A stretch of 48,294 nt of DNA from Octopus bimaculoides (GCF_001194135.2 NC_068984.1:51277154-51325447); one strand, 5' to 3'; counted from the stretch's first letter, positions 11,600 to 23,029 are shown. The notes: generated by a model not told the origin, from the sequence alone. Numbers and translations: made by a program.

Positions 11600-14579
11600 N
11601 NNNNNNNNNNNNNNNNNNNNNNNNNNNNNNNNNNNNNNNNNNNNNNNNNNNNNNNNNNNNNNNNNNNNNNNNNNNNNNNNNNNNNNNNNNNNNNNNNNNN
11701 NNNNNNNNNNNNNNNNNNNNNNNNNNNNNNNNNNNNNNNNNNNNNNNNNNNNNNNNNNNNNNNNNNNNNNNNNNNNNNNNNNNNNNNNNNNNNNNNNNNN
11801 NNNNNNNNNNNNNNNNNNNNNNNNNNNNNNNNNNNNNNNNNNNNNNNNNNNNNNNNNNNNNNNNNNNNNNNNNNNNNNNNNNNNNNNNNNNNNNNNNNNN
11901 NNNNNNNNNNNNNNNNNNNNNNNNNNNNNNNNNNNNNNNNNNNNNNNNNNNNNNNNNNNNNNNNNNNNNNNNNNNNNNNNNNNNNNNNNNNNNNNNNNNN
12001 NNNNNNNNNNNNNNNNNNNNNNNNNNNNNNNNNNNNNNNNNNNNNNNNNNNNNNNNNNNNNNNNNNNNNNNNNNNNNNNNNNNNNNNNNNNNNNNNNNNN
12101 NNNNNNNNNNNNNNNNNNNNNNNNNNNNNNNNNNNNNNNNNNNNNNNNNNNNNNNNNNNNNNNNNNNNNNNNNNNNNNNNNNNNNNNNNNNNNNNNNNNN
12201 NNNNNNNNNNNNNNNNNNNNNNNNNNNNNNNNNNNNNNNNNNTATGTATGTATGTATGTATGTATGTATGTATGTATGTTCCTTGATGGATTTTTCGAAT
12301 TCCATGTTATTGATGGGAGAATTGAAATATTTTCTAACGAAGGACATTCTCACCATTCATCCCTAACTCACTTCGCAAAATAATTTTGACACCACATCAT
12401 AACTTGTACGTTACACTTTATATTTACTAATGAAAATATGTCTGTGTGTGTGTGTCTATATATGTGAATCTGTGCGTATGCGCGTGTGTGTGTTTATGTG
12501 TATGGCGGAATGGAGGAGACGAACATACATTGATGCATTCTCTGGTAGAAGGGAAAGATGGGTGAAGGGAGGAGTTGCGTTTGGGAATACTTCCATTGCA
12601 CTTGTTATGATTAGCCACCTACTTGGTGGCAAGGTTACAAATAAAATAAACTTCTTACTGCTTGATTAATATTCGTGTTGTTATGTTCTTTGCATCTGTG
12701 CACGTGTACGTATATATGTGAATATTTACAGTAGTATGTGGCGATTTGTCGAATGCATGCTTGGCTATATTTGAAAAAAAAATTATGTATATATATATAT
12801 ATATTCTTGTACTTATATACCCACCACATCTGATGGCTATTTTATTCAGTCATAATGAACTTTCCATGAGTTAAGATTTCATTTTACTCAAGATTTTTCC
12901 TTTGGATTTCGTTTATTTCATGTTTTCCGCCTCTCTGTCACTGTCGGAAACTTTTGAAGTTATGGAGAAAAAAAAATAAAGATCGAATGCAATAATCTTT
13001 TTATTTCTGTTGTTTTTCCTCATTTTGCTCCTTGTGTGTGTGTGTTTGTGTATGCGCGAGTGTATACACCATGGGCACTAGTTAACACGTTGTGTAACTG
13101 AAACTGGATAGACCCAAATTGTAGATGTCGATCGATCAGTTGGATTGCACCTGTATTTCAAAGATCGTTTTTCTTTTATTGTGGTACTCCAGCTGAGTAT
13201 TACGTTAAGGGTACTCATTAATTTAATGGGTTGGTACTTCAGCTGATCGAGCAACTGCGAGCTCACCATCAAAAGTGAAGATCGACGGAAGATGAACCAA
13301 TATTATGTCTTTTGTGCGATAATCATGATGGCGGTGATGATGAGGAGGAGGAGGAAGTGGATAGCCCTTGTCCTCAGATTAACCCTGACTGAGCACCTAT
13401 ATGATCCAACGTATTTCAGACATGACCGTCTCACCTTTATTTTTTCAAGAGTATTTCAATTGTAAGGCAATGAGGTTTGATTTTGGAGGATATTTGGCTG
13501 CTATTTCTAAACATCATAGCCTCCATGAGATTTTTGTGTGGATATTGTTGAGTACAGTGTTTGTTTTATATTTGTTGGGCAGCAATAGCTGACAGAGGTG
13601 GTGGTGGTGATGGTGGAAGTTAGGGAGGTGGTGGCGGCGATAGTGAGGATGAGGGTTATGGAGGTGGCACGTTGATAGTAGTGATGGTGTTGGTATTGTT
13701 GTCATCGTTGTTGTNNNNNNNNNNNNNNNNNNNNNNNNNNNNNNNNNNNNNNNNNNNNNNNNNNNNNNNNNNNNNNNNNNNNNNNNNNNNNNNNNNNNNN
13801 NNNNNNNNNNNNNNNNNNNNNNNNNNNNNNNNNNNNNNNNNNNNNNNNNNNNNNNNNNNNNNNNNNNNNNNNNNNNNNNNNNNNNNNNNNNNNNNNNNNN
13901 NNNNNNNNNNNNNNNNNNNNNNNNNNNNNNNNNNNNNNNNNNNNNNNNNNNNNNNNNNNNNNNNNNNNNNNNNNNNNNNNNNNNNNNNNNGGTGGCGGCG
14001 GTGGTGTTAGTCCTCGTCGTCGTCGTTTGATTTGGAAGAAAGAGGAGAGTCCACGGTCAATAAGGACAATGAAGGCGACTACGACGACGATTACGAAGAT
14101 AATAGTATGATGATGGTGCGGCTAATAATGCCGTGGTTATTTGGTGATTGCCGTCCTATATTCCTGTTGGCCCCTTTTCTTCGCTGTCGTCGTCATCGTC
14201 AGTATTAACCGTCGTGGTTGCCGCTGTTTTTTGCTGTTGCCGAATTTGTTACCAACACCGCCGTCGCTGGTGGCAATGTTTAGGATAGTGTTATTCTTCA
14301 GATAGTAAATCTTTTACAAATTCTTGGCATGCAATGACGCTTCTTGGTACGTATGGGAACATCTTTACAAACCGACCGACCCACAAACCCAGCAGTTTGT
14401 ATTACAGTGACCTTTCTACTTATCACAGTCGTACTGGTGTCATGTAGCGGCCGACATAAAGATGGGAAATTTCGCACTGTTTGTGTATGAATTAATGCGC
14501 ATACACAAAGATATACGTTCACACAGATGTATGAACAGATATGTGTATCTCTGTACATGTATGCAGAATGAATGTATGT

Positions 14580-14861
14580 ATGAATGAATGCTAACATATA
14601 TTTGGGTAATATATGTTTCTATATATATATATATTATATATATATATATATATAAAACACACACTCACACATATACATATGAACAAATGTATTATTGCTT
14701 GTATACATACATACATATATTTGCGTGTATATATATATGTATGTGTATATATATATGTGTATATATATATGTATATACATATATATGTGTATAAGTATAT
14801 ATGTATATATATGTATATATATGTGTGTTCCTGTGTGTATACATATAGATACACATACACA
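14580..14861. repeat. Degenerate (AT)n/(ATGT)n/(AC)n microsatellite block
   Basis: Direct reading; source of the YI/CV-rich ORFs. Confidence 0.9.
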
Positions 14862-15139
14862 CACGGTGTTCGGGCTAAATTTGACAGTTTGCATAAAAGT
14901 AAAAATAAAAGCAATATCCTGTCCAATATTTTAAAAGGTCAGACAATATCAAGACGGCTTTGGAACCTGGCGCATGCGTTCCTTACTGTCCCTGGGAAGA
15001 TCTTCGAGCAACTCCTTGATCTTGACCATCAGCTCGGTTTTGGTGTTGCAGGCAGAGCGGTTGGTGCCTGCATCCTGCCACACACATAGTAATCCATGGG
15101 ATTACGATCAGGGAAATTACGAGACCAGAATTTTGGGCT
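14862..15139 (-). mobile_element. Tc1/mariner 3' fragment with D as third catalytic residue (DDD type, possibly maT-like) and TIR
   Basis: Minus strand, with a frameshift: FWSRNFPDRNPMDYYV..TNRSACNTKTELMVKIKELLEDLPRD; terminus cacggtgttcgggctaaatttgacagtttg. D-D spacing cannot be counted because the 5' part is missing. Confidence 0.75.
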
Positions 15140-15415
15140 TACATTTGACTTCATCTTGTTTGTTGTTAACACAACGTTTCGGTTGATATACCCTCCAGCC
15201 TCCATCAGATGTCTTGGGGAAATTTCGAACCTGGGTCCTCATTCCTAAGCTATTTTTATGTTGTTGTTGTTATTATTATTATTATTATTATTCAGGTCAC
15301 TACCTGGAATCGAACTCGGAATCTTGGGATTAGTAGTAGCCCGCGCTCTTAACCACAACGCCATATGCCGTGGGCCATTATGGAGTGAATTTTAGGGCTT
15401 ATAAATCTAAAACTT
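15140..15415 (-). mobile_element. Repeat with tRNA-like Pol III promoter and mutated minimal hammerhead; probably an inverted PLE terminal repeat or a SINE
   Basis: Minus strand: tggcgttgtggttaag (A box, 15348-15363), gagttcgattcc (B box, 15306-15317), (aat)n, then gacat-ctgatgg-a-ggctg-gagggtatat-caacc-gaaacgtt-gtgtt (15168-15213). Confidence 0.7.
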
Positions 15416-15419
15416 ATAA

Positions 15420-16018
15420 ACTACCTACTTCAGTATAGATACTGATATATGTCGACAAGAAGATGGTTTAGCTATGGGTTCGCCATTATCACCGATAATA
15501 GCCAATATATATATATATATATGGAATACTTTGAGAATTTGGCTTTAGGATCAACACCACTAAAACCAACCCTATGGCTGCGATATGTTGATGACACCTT
15601 TATATTCTGGCCCCACCAGGAAGATGTCCAAGTGCTGTTAGATCATGTGAACTCAATAAAACCATCCATACAGTTCACAATGGAAAAGGGAAAAGACAAT
15701 CAGCTAGCATTCCTAGACGTATTAATAACACGCACCAAGTATGGATTCAGGACATCCGTATACCGCAAGCCGACCTTTACTGGACGACACCTCAACTTCA
15801 ACTCCCACCATCCATACAGTGTAAAGAGAGGGATTACTCAGTGTCTAAAACATCGAGCAAAGAATATAAGAAGCGATCATGATACACACCACGAAGAAAT
15901 GATCAAGCTCAATAACAATCTATTAAGAAACAACTACCCCCAAAAACATACTATCCACTCTAATTAGGAAGAAAAGAGAGGATGAAACCAATAAACTGTC
16001 CACAGTCTATCTACCCAA
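15420..16018 (+). mobile_element. 5'-truncated Penelope-like RT fragment (Penelope/Poseidon-like motifs)
   Basis: TTYFSIDTDICRQEDGLAMGSPLSPIIANIY / MEYFE..LWLRYVDDTF..NSIKPSIQFTME..LAFLDV..VYRKPTFTG..LNFNSHHP. Frameshift at an (AT)n expansion; YVDD at 15584-15595. Confidence 0.92.
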
Positions 16019-16590
16019 GATAGCCGTTAATAAGATGTCTATTTATAGCCATGAAACATTTTTCGTCAAATTTCGGTATTTTTCAAACATTTAGAATCTA
16101 TATTAATGGGTAGGACCAATTTGACGAAAACATGAGCAGATTCTGGTAGCGAACCTGTGTTGATTATCAAATCAAAACGATTCGCATTGAAAAGAAGAAT
16201 TTGCAAATGCAAAATAGATTACCGATAATAAGCTGTCTGTTTATACCCATGAAACATTTTTCGTCAAATTTCGGCATTTTTCGTCAAATTAATGTCACGA
16301 TGGCTAGTGGGGAAAATGCCGAAATTTTACGATTTTTGAAAAGTCGATGCTGATTAAAAATCGATTTTTAAAAAATTCTAAGTGCATAAGTGACCGCATG
16401 GACATAAGCCCTAACCCCCACACACACACACGTGTCAAGTTTCATCAAGGTCTGTTGGATAGTCTCGGAGGAGTTAAAGTAACAAATTCGCAAACGCGCA
16501 AACTTTCCATTCATTNNNNNNNNNNGTTAAAGTAACAAATTCGCAAACGCGCAAACTTTCCATTCATTATTATTATTATTATTATTATAT
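16016..16590 (+). mobile_element. Helentron-associated non-autonomous element (HINE/DINE-1-like)
   Basis: 13-bp inverted repeat ttttcgtcaaatt/aatttgacgaaaa (16060-16072/16118-16130), internal ~50-bp direct repeat, core gtgtcaagtttcatcaagg..ggaggagtt..acaaattcgcaaacgcgcaaac and (att)n end, resembling HINE cores from memory. Confidence 0.55.
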
Positions 16591-16636
16591 CAAGTGGCTT
16601 AGCATGCGTAAAAAAATAACATAAGGGGTAAATTAT

Positions 16637-16832
16637 TAATTAATAATTAAGAGTGCTACAAATAGCACTAGCACGCTAAAAATAGCAGTCAGAAAGAGAC
16701 TGCAGCCACAAATTTCTACTGATATACATTATTCAATTAATGTGCATCAGAGAAAATTTGTGATTGTAGTCGCCTACTGACTTCTATTTTTAGTGTGCTG
16801 ATACTATTTGTAGCACCCTTAATTATTAATTA
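16637..16832. mobile_element. Fold-back MITE (almost wholly palindromic), TA ends
   Basis: taattaataattaagagtgctacaaatag... pairs with ...ctatttgtagcacccttaattattaatta; arms ~95 bp, roughly 80% complementary by eye, ~8-nt loop. Confidence 0.85.
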
Positions 16833-17276
16833 TATGTATATATATATATATTTATATAACAATTGGGCTGAACCCTCAACCCCTAACTCTCTCGCATTAT
16901 ATATTTATGCCTCACAGCGTTCATACACATAATTTTTCCCGTCTGGCCGTATAGCCTTTTCTGTTTGTTTTCTTGTCTTGTTTTTTGTCCGCCACTACAT
17001 TCCTCCATGGCAAGGTTTAATTTGTGTATACAAATTTAATTTGCGGTCCATGGGAAGAGCCGTTTTAACGATGCGTCCTACCCAGCTCTTCGAAAGAGAA
17101 TGTTCTCTATGATGAAAGAGAATGTTCTCTATGTGGCTTGTGTGTTTTCTCGTCTACGTTTTGTTTGCAATGTCCTGTACCCAGATATGCACCTATACAT
17201 ACAGGTGGATGTCGGTATGCACATACCTGTNNNNNNNNNNATTAATAGCAGTTGTTTGCAATATCAGACCGTAAAG

Positions 17277-17494
17277 AAGGCGACGAGCTGGCAAAAACGT
17301 TAACATGCCAGGCGAAATGCGTAGCAGTATTTCGTCTGTCTTTATGTTCTGAGTTCAAATTCCGCCGATGTCGACTTTACCTTTCATCCTTTTGGGGATC
17401 GATAAATTAAGTACCAGTTGTGTACTGGTGTCGATCTAATCGACTGGCCTCCTCCCCAAATATTTCAAGCCTTGTGCTTGAAATAGAAAACAAT
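17277..17494 (+). mobile_element. tRNA-derived SINE family A (Meta-domain-like core)
   Basis: aaggcgacgagctggc head, gagttcaaattcc B box, gtcgactttacctttcatccttttggggatcgataaattaagtaccag core, tail ..ccccaaatatttcaagccttgtgc. Core assignment is from memory. Confidence 0.85.
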
Positions 17495-17515
17495 ATACCA
17501 TAAAGGGAAAAAATA

Positions 17516-17991
17516 GTCATCAGCAAAACTTGATTAAGGGTGTGAATACCACCTAATTCGCTAGAAATAGGAGTTAAAATGCTCCAATAAAGCGCATGAC
17601 ACATTCTCTGATAGGAGCTGCAATCACACCCAAACACCGAACCGAGAATTCCTTAGACTGTCCGGCCAGTTTCGGCTATTTCTGTAGCCATCATCAGTAA
17701 GGCCAGCGCGTTCGGTTGATTTCGGGCTACCTCGCATATCAGAGTATATATATGTTCACGATAGCAATCTATGGATGATTTAGCAGATCGTTAATGCGTA
17801 TACAAAAAATTAATAAGAACTGTGGTTTGCAATATGGTACCGTAAGGGGTCGTCAGCTAAACTTGACTAAGGGTGTGAATAACACCTACATTGCTAGAAA
17901 TAGTTACAAAAATGTTCCAATACTGTTATAAAGCACAAAACATTTACTCTGATAGAGGCTGAGTTCGACCTGAATACCAAACAGAGAATTC
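17516..17991 (-). repeat. Diverged tandem direct repeat (~333-340 bp period, ~1.4 units) containing a hammerhead ribozyme
   Basis: 17516-17651 (gtcatcagcaaaacttgattaagggtgtgaat..gctagaaatag..ctctgatag..gagaattc) recurs at 17849-17991 (gtcgtcagctaaacttgactaagggtgtgaat..gctagaaatag..ctctgatag..gagaattc). Confidence 0.8.
17651..17702 (-). ncRNA. Type I hammerhead ribozyme, apparently intact
   Basis: Minus strand 5'-CCUUA CUGAUGA U GGCUA CAGAAA UAGCC GAAA CUG GCCGGA CAG UC/UAAGG-3'. Stems I (5 bp), II (5 bp) and III (4 bp including A15.1-U16.1) are all Watson-Crick; full core; GUC triplet; one extra U after A9. Confidence 0.88.
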
Positions 17992-18000
17992 AGTACCCCC

Positions 18001-18002
<2 letters not shown>

Positions 18003-18086
<84 letters not shown>
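18003..18086. repeat. (GT)n microsatellite
   Basis: Direct reading. Confidence 0.95.
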
Positions 18087-18089
<3 letters not shown>

Positions 18090-18949
18090 GTGAAGTGCAA
18101 AGTTTCAAATGATAGGGAGAAAAGTTACTGTCGTTTTGGATTAGGTTCTTGTTTGCGGGCCGAGAAAATATTTGTATTTTGTTTAGTTTTTACTTATATT
18201 CATTTATCCGATACCTAGGCTTCACTTAGTTTGCTACTTTCTATGAGCTGTTCTCATCAATCGTAAGTTTCTCAGTACTCCGAGCAATAGAGAAACAAAC
18301 GTGATGAAACCTCACCTCGTTGAATATTTTACTTTCTCTTTTATACATGGAATCATATAGTGAAGCACGCTTACAAGTATGAAATAATAAATATAGGAAT
18401 CTATAAATACATAGGTAATATGTATAAAGCTGTATGTGTGGAAATATATTCAATCATATATGAATACATGCACACACACACACACACATACACACACACA
18501 TACACACACACACACACACACACATACATATTTGCGCACCCCACCTGCTCATGCATTATATATTTATGAATGAATTTACTTATTAATGAATTCATACATT
18601 ATTTTTATTTTCCTAATAAATATTTAATATGTTTTATATATTTTAGATTATATTCAATTTTTTTTTTTCTAAATATCAATATTTTATTTTTGTTTCATTC
18701 TCTTGCGAATACATTTTTTTTTTTTCGTATCATTATTTATTATAGATATTTTATAATTACACTGCATATATCAAGCAATTACCAACTCAGGAGTTTATAT
18801 ATTCAATAATATTTCATTTGTTTTTTGTCTTTTACCATGGAGTTTTTCAAAATATTCAGGTTCTCCTATCTTCACATTTATCTATATGTATTCATATAAT
18901 GTTATGCATAAAAGTATGTTTGCATGTATGTACGTTTTTATGTTCGTAC

Positions 18950-19060
18950 GGTGTGTGTGTAGGTATGTATGTATGCATGTATGCATGTATATATGAATGC
19001 ATGCATGTATGTATGTATATGTATGTATGCATGCATGTATGTATGAATATGTATATATGC

Positions 19061-19140
<80 letters not shown>

Positions 19141-19633
19141 ATATATATACGTGTGTGTGTATTATGTATGTATGTATGTATGTGTGTGTGCATCTATATT
19201 TGTATGCGTGTATGTATATATAGTCGAATGTATGTGAATCTAGATATATAGATATTTACTTATGCATTAATGTGTGTGCATCTACGTATGTAATTATGGA
19301 TACATATATATGTTTACGCATGTATGTATATATGTATGTATGTATGTATATATGTATGTATGTATGTATGTATGCATGTATGTGTGTATGTATATACGGA
19401 TGGATGTGCGTGTTTGTATACGGATTTACGTAAAAATGTATGTGCGTATGTGTGTAATCTTGCATATTTTGTCTGTGTTTATATGTACAGAAGTATGCGT
19501 ACTGTTGTCTGTATGTGCGTGCATCGATATTTCTATGAATTCTTGTATGTGTGTATGGATATATGCATGCAATTATATGCATACATGTATGTTGTTATGG
19601 GTATATGCATTTATACATGCACTTTCGTGTTTT

Positions 19634-19664
<31 letters not shown>
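18950..19664. repeat. (ATGT)n/(AT)n degenerate microsatellite block
   Basis: Direct reading; runs into the N gap. Confidence 0.9.
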
Positions 19665-21134
19665 NNNNNNNNNNNNNNNNNNNNNNNNNNNNNNNNNNNN
19701 NNNNNNNNNNNNNNNNNNNNNNNNNNNNNNNNNNNNNNNNNNNNNNNNNNNNNNNNNNNNNNNNNNNNNNNNNNNNNNNNNNNNNNNNNNNNNNNNNNNN
19801 NNNNNNNNNNNNNNNNNNNNNNNNNNNNNNNNNNNNNNNNNNNNNNNNNNNNNNNNNNNNNNNNNNNNNNNNNNNNNNNNNNNNNNNNNNNNNNNNNNNN
19901 NNNNNNNNNNNNNNNNNNNNNNNNNNNNNNNNNNNNNNNNNNNNNNNNNNNNNNNNNNNNNNNNNNNNNNNNNNNNNNNNNNNNNNNNNNNNNNNNNNNN
20001 NNNNNNNNNNNNNNNNNNNNNNNNNNNNNNNNNNNNNNNNNNNNNNNNNNNNNNNNNNNNNNNNNNNNNNNNNNNNNNNNNNNNNNNNNNNNNNNNNNNN
20101 NNNNNNNNNNNNNNNNNNNNNNNNNNNNNNNNNNNNNNNNNNNNNNNNNNNNNNNNNNNNNNNNNNNNNNNNNNNNNNNNNNNNNNNNNNNNNNNNNNNN
20201 NNNNNNNNNNNNNNNNNNNNNNNNNNNNNNNNNNNNNNNNNNNNNNNNNNNNNNNNNNNNNNNNNNNNNNNNNNNNNNNNNNNNNNNNNNNNNNNNNNNN
20301 NNNNNNNNNNNNNNNNNNNNNNNNNNNNNNNNNNNNNNNNNNNNNNNNNNNNNNNNNNNNNNNNNNNNNNNNNNNNNNNNNNNNNNNNNNNNNNNNNNNN
20401 NNNNNNNNNNNNNNNNNNNNNNNNNNNNNNNNNNNNNNNNNNNNNNNNNNNNNNNNNNNNNNNNNNNNNNNNNNNNNNNNNNNNNNNNNNNNNNNNATGT
20501 ATGTATATATGTATGTATGTATGTACGTATGTATGTATGTATGTACGCATATATATACATGCAAACATACATACATGCATAAACAAACACTGACATAAAT
20601 CAATAAATGTGTTATCTTTTAGGATGTCCTTTCTTGATGTGTTTATAACAGAGTAAAGCTTTCATTTGATTTAAGAAACTGCTTCTTCGGCATGCAGATG
20701 GGTACGAGTGGCAACGTGGGCGGGATAGTTATGATAAAGGAGAAATGGAATTTCCATATCATAATATGTAAGTATGGATGAAGACAGTTTGTTGTGATTC
20801 TGTATATCTGTGTGAATGCCTATATGTTTCTATGTGAGTGTTTCAGTAAAGTGTCTGCACTTCCTTTTAAACATGCCTGCATACGTATTTGAGTAAATAA
20901 CAATGCACAAGGTCTAGGCTGGGAACATTCTGTTCTGTATGATCAAGGTTAAATCTACACATTACAGCAAGAAATGCTAATATAGGTTGACAGCATCAGA
21001 CTACCTCATTGAATAGATGTTAAGCACAAGATGAAGCCGGCAATGAGGTTGATGACACTACCATATTCACTGCACATTGACTGGAACTTATAAAAGTAAA
21101 AAAAAAAAGATAAGAGAAAAGTAGAAAAGAAAAA

Positions 21135-21136
<2 letters not shown>

Positions 21137-21181
<45 letters not shown>

Positions 21182-21450
21182 CATTTCTTTTATTAGCCAC
21201 ACAGGGCTCAACACAGATGGGACAAATACAATGTAGAGCTTTTCTTTTTGGGAGGGAGAAGGAGAAAAAAGGGGGCGTGTCGATCAAAAGGGATCGTAGG
21301 AAAGAAAAAAAGGGGGGAGTTCAATCAAAAGGGATAGAAAAAAAAGCGATCAATAGGGATCGTGTATCACAGTAATGTTCTCGTGTAAAAAGGGGGAGGA
21401 CAGTTTAGGTTTAGCCGTGGAAAGAAAATCCTACGGGAAAGACCACGGTA
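21137..21450 (-). mobile_element. Probable LINE 3' UTR remnant ending in a (TATC)n tail
   Basis: Minus strand ends ..ttgtatttgtcccatctgtgttgagccctgtgtggctaataaaagaaa followed by (atct)n; this terminus resembles the tail of the SINE at 36707. No coding part was recognised. Confidence 0.45.
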
Positions 21451-22064
21451 ACCTTGGTCAATATTGTCATTGTTATTGAAGAAACTATAACAGTAAGTGA
21501 CTCTCTTTTGCCTTTTTGTTTTTTTTTCTGGATTTTTTTACTCCTTTATAGGGTTATGCTCAAGGTGGCTCCGTCATTCACATGTGGCATTCTTGCTACA
21601 TTCACCCATCTTTTTTTGAAGCATTCACAAACTAGACAAGACTTCCCTTTCTACTCTCACCAGATAGATAGATAGATAGATAGATAGACACTGCCAATAT
21701 CAGAACGTTAACGCTGGTTTCATTTCGAATTATACTACAATATTGACGTCCTTTCTGGCTGGAAGCCGGCAACCTGTTTAGCAGTGAAGGTACATGGACG
21801 CGGTAGTTTCAAAGTGAGGAACAAAATTTAACGACATTGTTTTTCTTTCATTTTTGATTTTGTTTTCCATTTTATTTCTTTTTTTTTTTTGCATGGGTAA
21901 AGAACTAATGCAAAAATCAGAAGAAAGAAAGAAAGCAGTTCAAAGGCTGTGTGTATCGTTCTCTAGTTCAAAAACGGACATGAGAACGTCGCCAAGGCGA
22001 TTTGTGTTCATGAAGGCAGAAACCGAAAATGTCATTTTAACTAATATTTTATTTCATCGACTCC

Positions 22065-22185
22065 GAAAAGTTGAAAGGTGAGATTGACTTCAGTGGGATT
22101 GGAACTCAGAATGTGAAGAGCCCGAATAAATACCACAAAAACAATTCCTACGGCACTCTAAAGATTCTACCACCTCGTTGCCCAC
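22065..22185 (-). mobile_element. Old diverged family A SINE fragment
   Basis: tgaaaggtgagattgacttcagtgggattggaactcagaatg..gattctacc is a degenerate reverse complement of the family A head/core. Confidence 0.55.
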
Positions 22186-22350
22186 ACAGTTTCAGAAATA
22201 ATGATTATCTTTAATATATAATAATAATCCTGTTTTCTCTTTCAATAATAGAAAAATAATTTCCTGAGATATTTCAATCAACGATGTTTACCTTCTCCAG
22301 AACTTGTCCTTGAGCTCAGTAAAAAAATATATAAGCTAACAACTATTAAG

Positions 22351-22583
22351 TAAGGTGAATTGGCAGAATCGTTAAGGCTCTGGATAAAATATCTTGCAAT
22401 ATTTCCTCCGACTCTTTACGTTCTGAGTTCAAATCCCAACGCATTCAATTTTACCTTTCGTCATTTTGGACTCTTAATTAATGTATCCATAATTAATGTA
22501 TATATATCTATCAAGTACTCTGGTTGATGACATCTACTTAGCCCCTCCCCTCAAAATTGCTGGCTTTGTGCCTTAATGAGAAG
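22351..22583 (+). mobile_element. Diverged family A SINE
   Basis: taaggtgaattggcagaatcgtta..acgttctgagttcaaatccc..ttacctttcgtc..cccctcaaaattgctggctttgtgcc. Confidence 0.7.
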
Positions 22584-23029
22584 TCCGTATCGTTTACTAA
22601 ACGTTTCGGTTCAGTCAATAAATCTGGATGACTGTCAAACCTATCAAAAATAGAAAAATAACTCACCTTCGTATAGGCTATAAAGAATATTATATATGAA
22701 AATGGACAATTTATATTCAAAACCGCGAGTTGCAGATTTTCTCAACTCAGACTAGGGTTTAAAAAGTATGGCAACAACAGTCATTTTGATAATCCTGCCT
22801 TCTTACCAAGAATTTCGTTATAATCCCCCCCCCCTTACACTCTGTACCTCCTCCCATAAGCATATATATATATATATATATATATATGAATATACACGCT
22901 TCGATATATTGGATTCTTTTTATTCATTTTTATGCTTTACTGGTGTATAATTCATTAGTTTCCAATAATTTATTTACAATCACATTCTTTTTTAAATTTC
23001 AAATATATAAACCATTATTATCATCGTCG

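Noticed and set aside
16473-16568. 43-bp direct repeat
   Set aside because: Identical copies on either side of a 10-N gap: assembly artefact.
17516-17858. Additional CUGAUGAC/CUGACGAC motifs on the minus strand of the tandem repeat
   Set aside because: No stem II or GAAA follows, so they are not second hammerheads.
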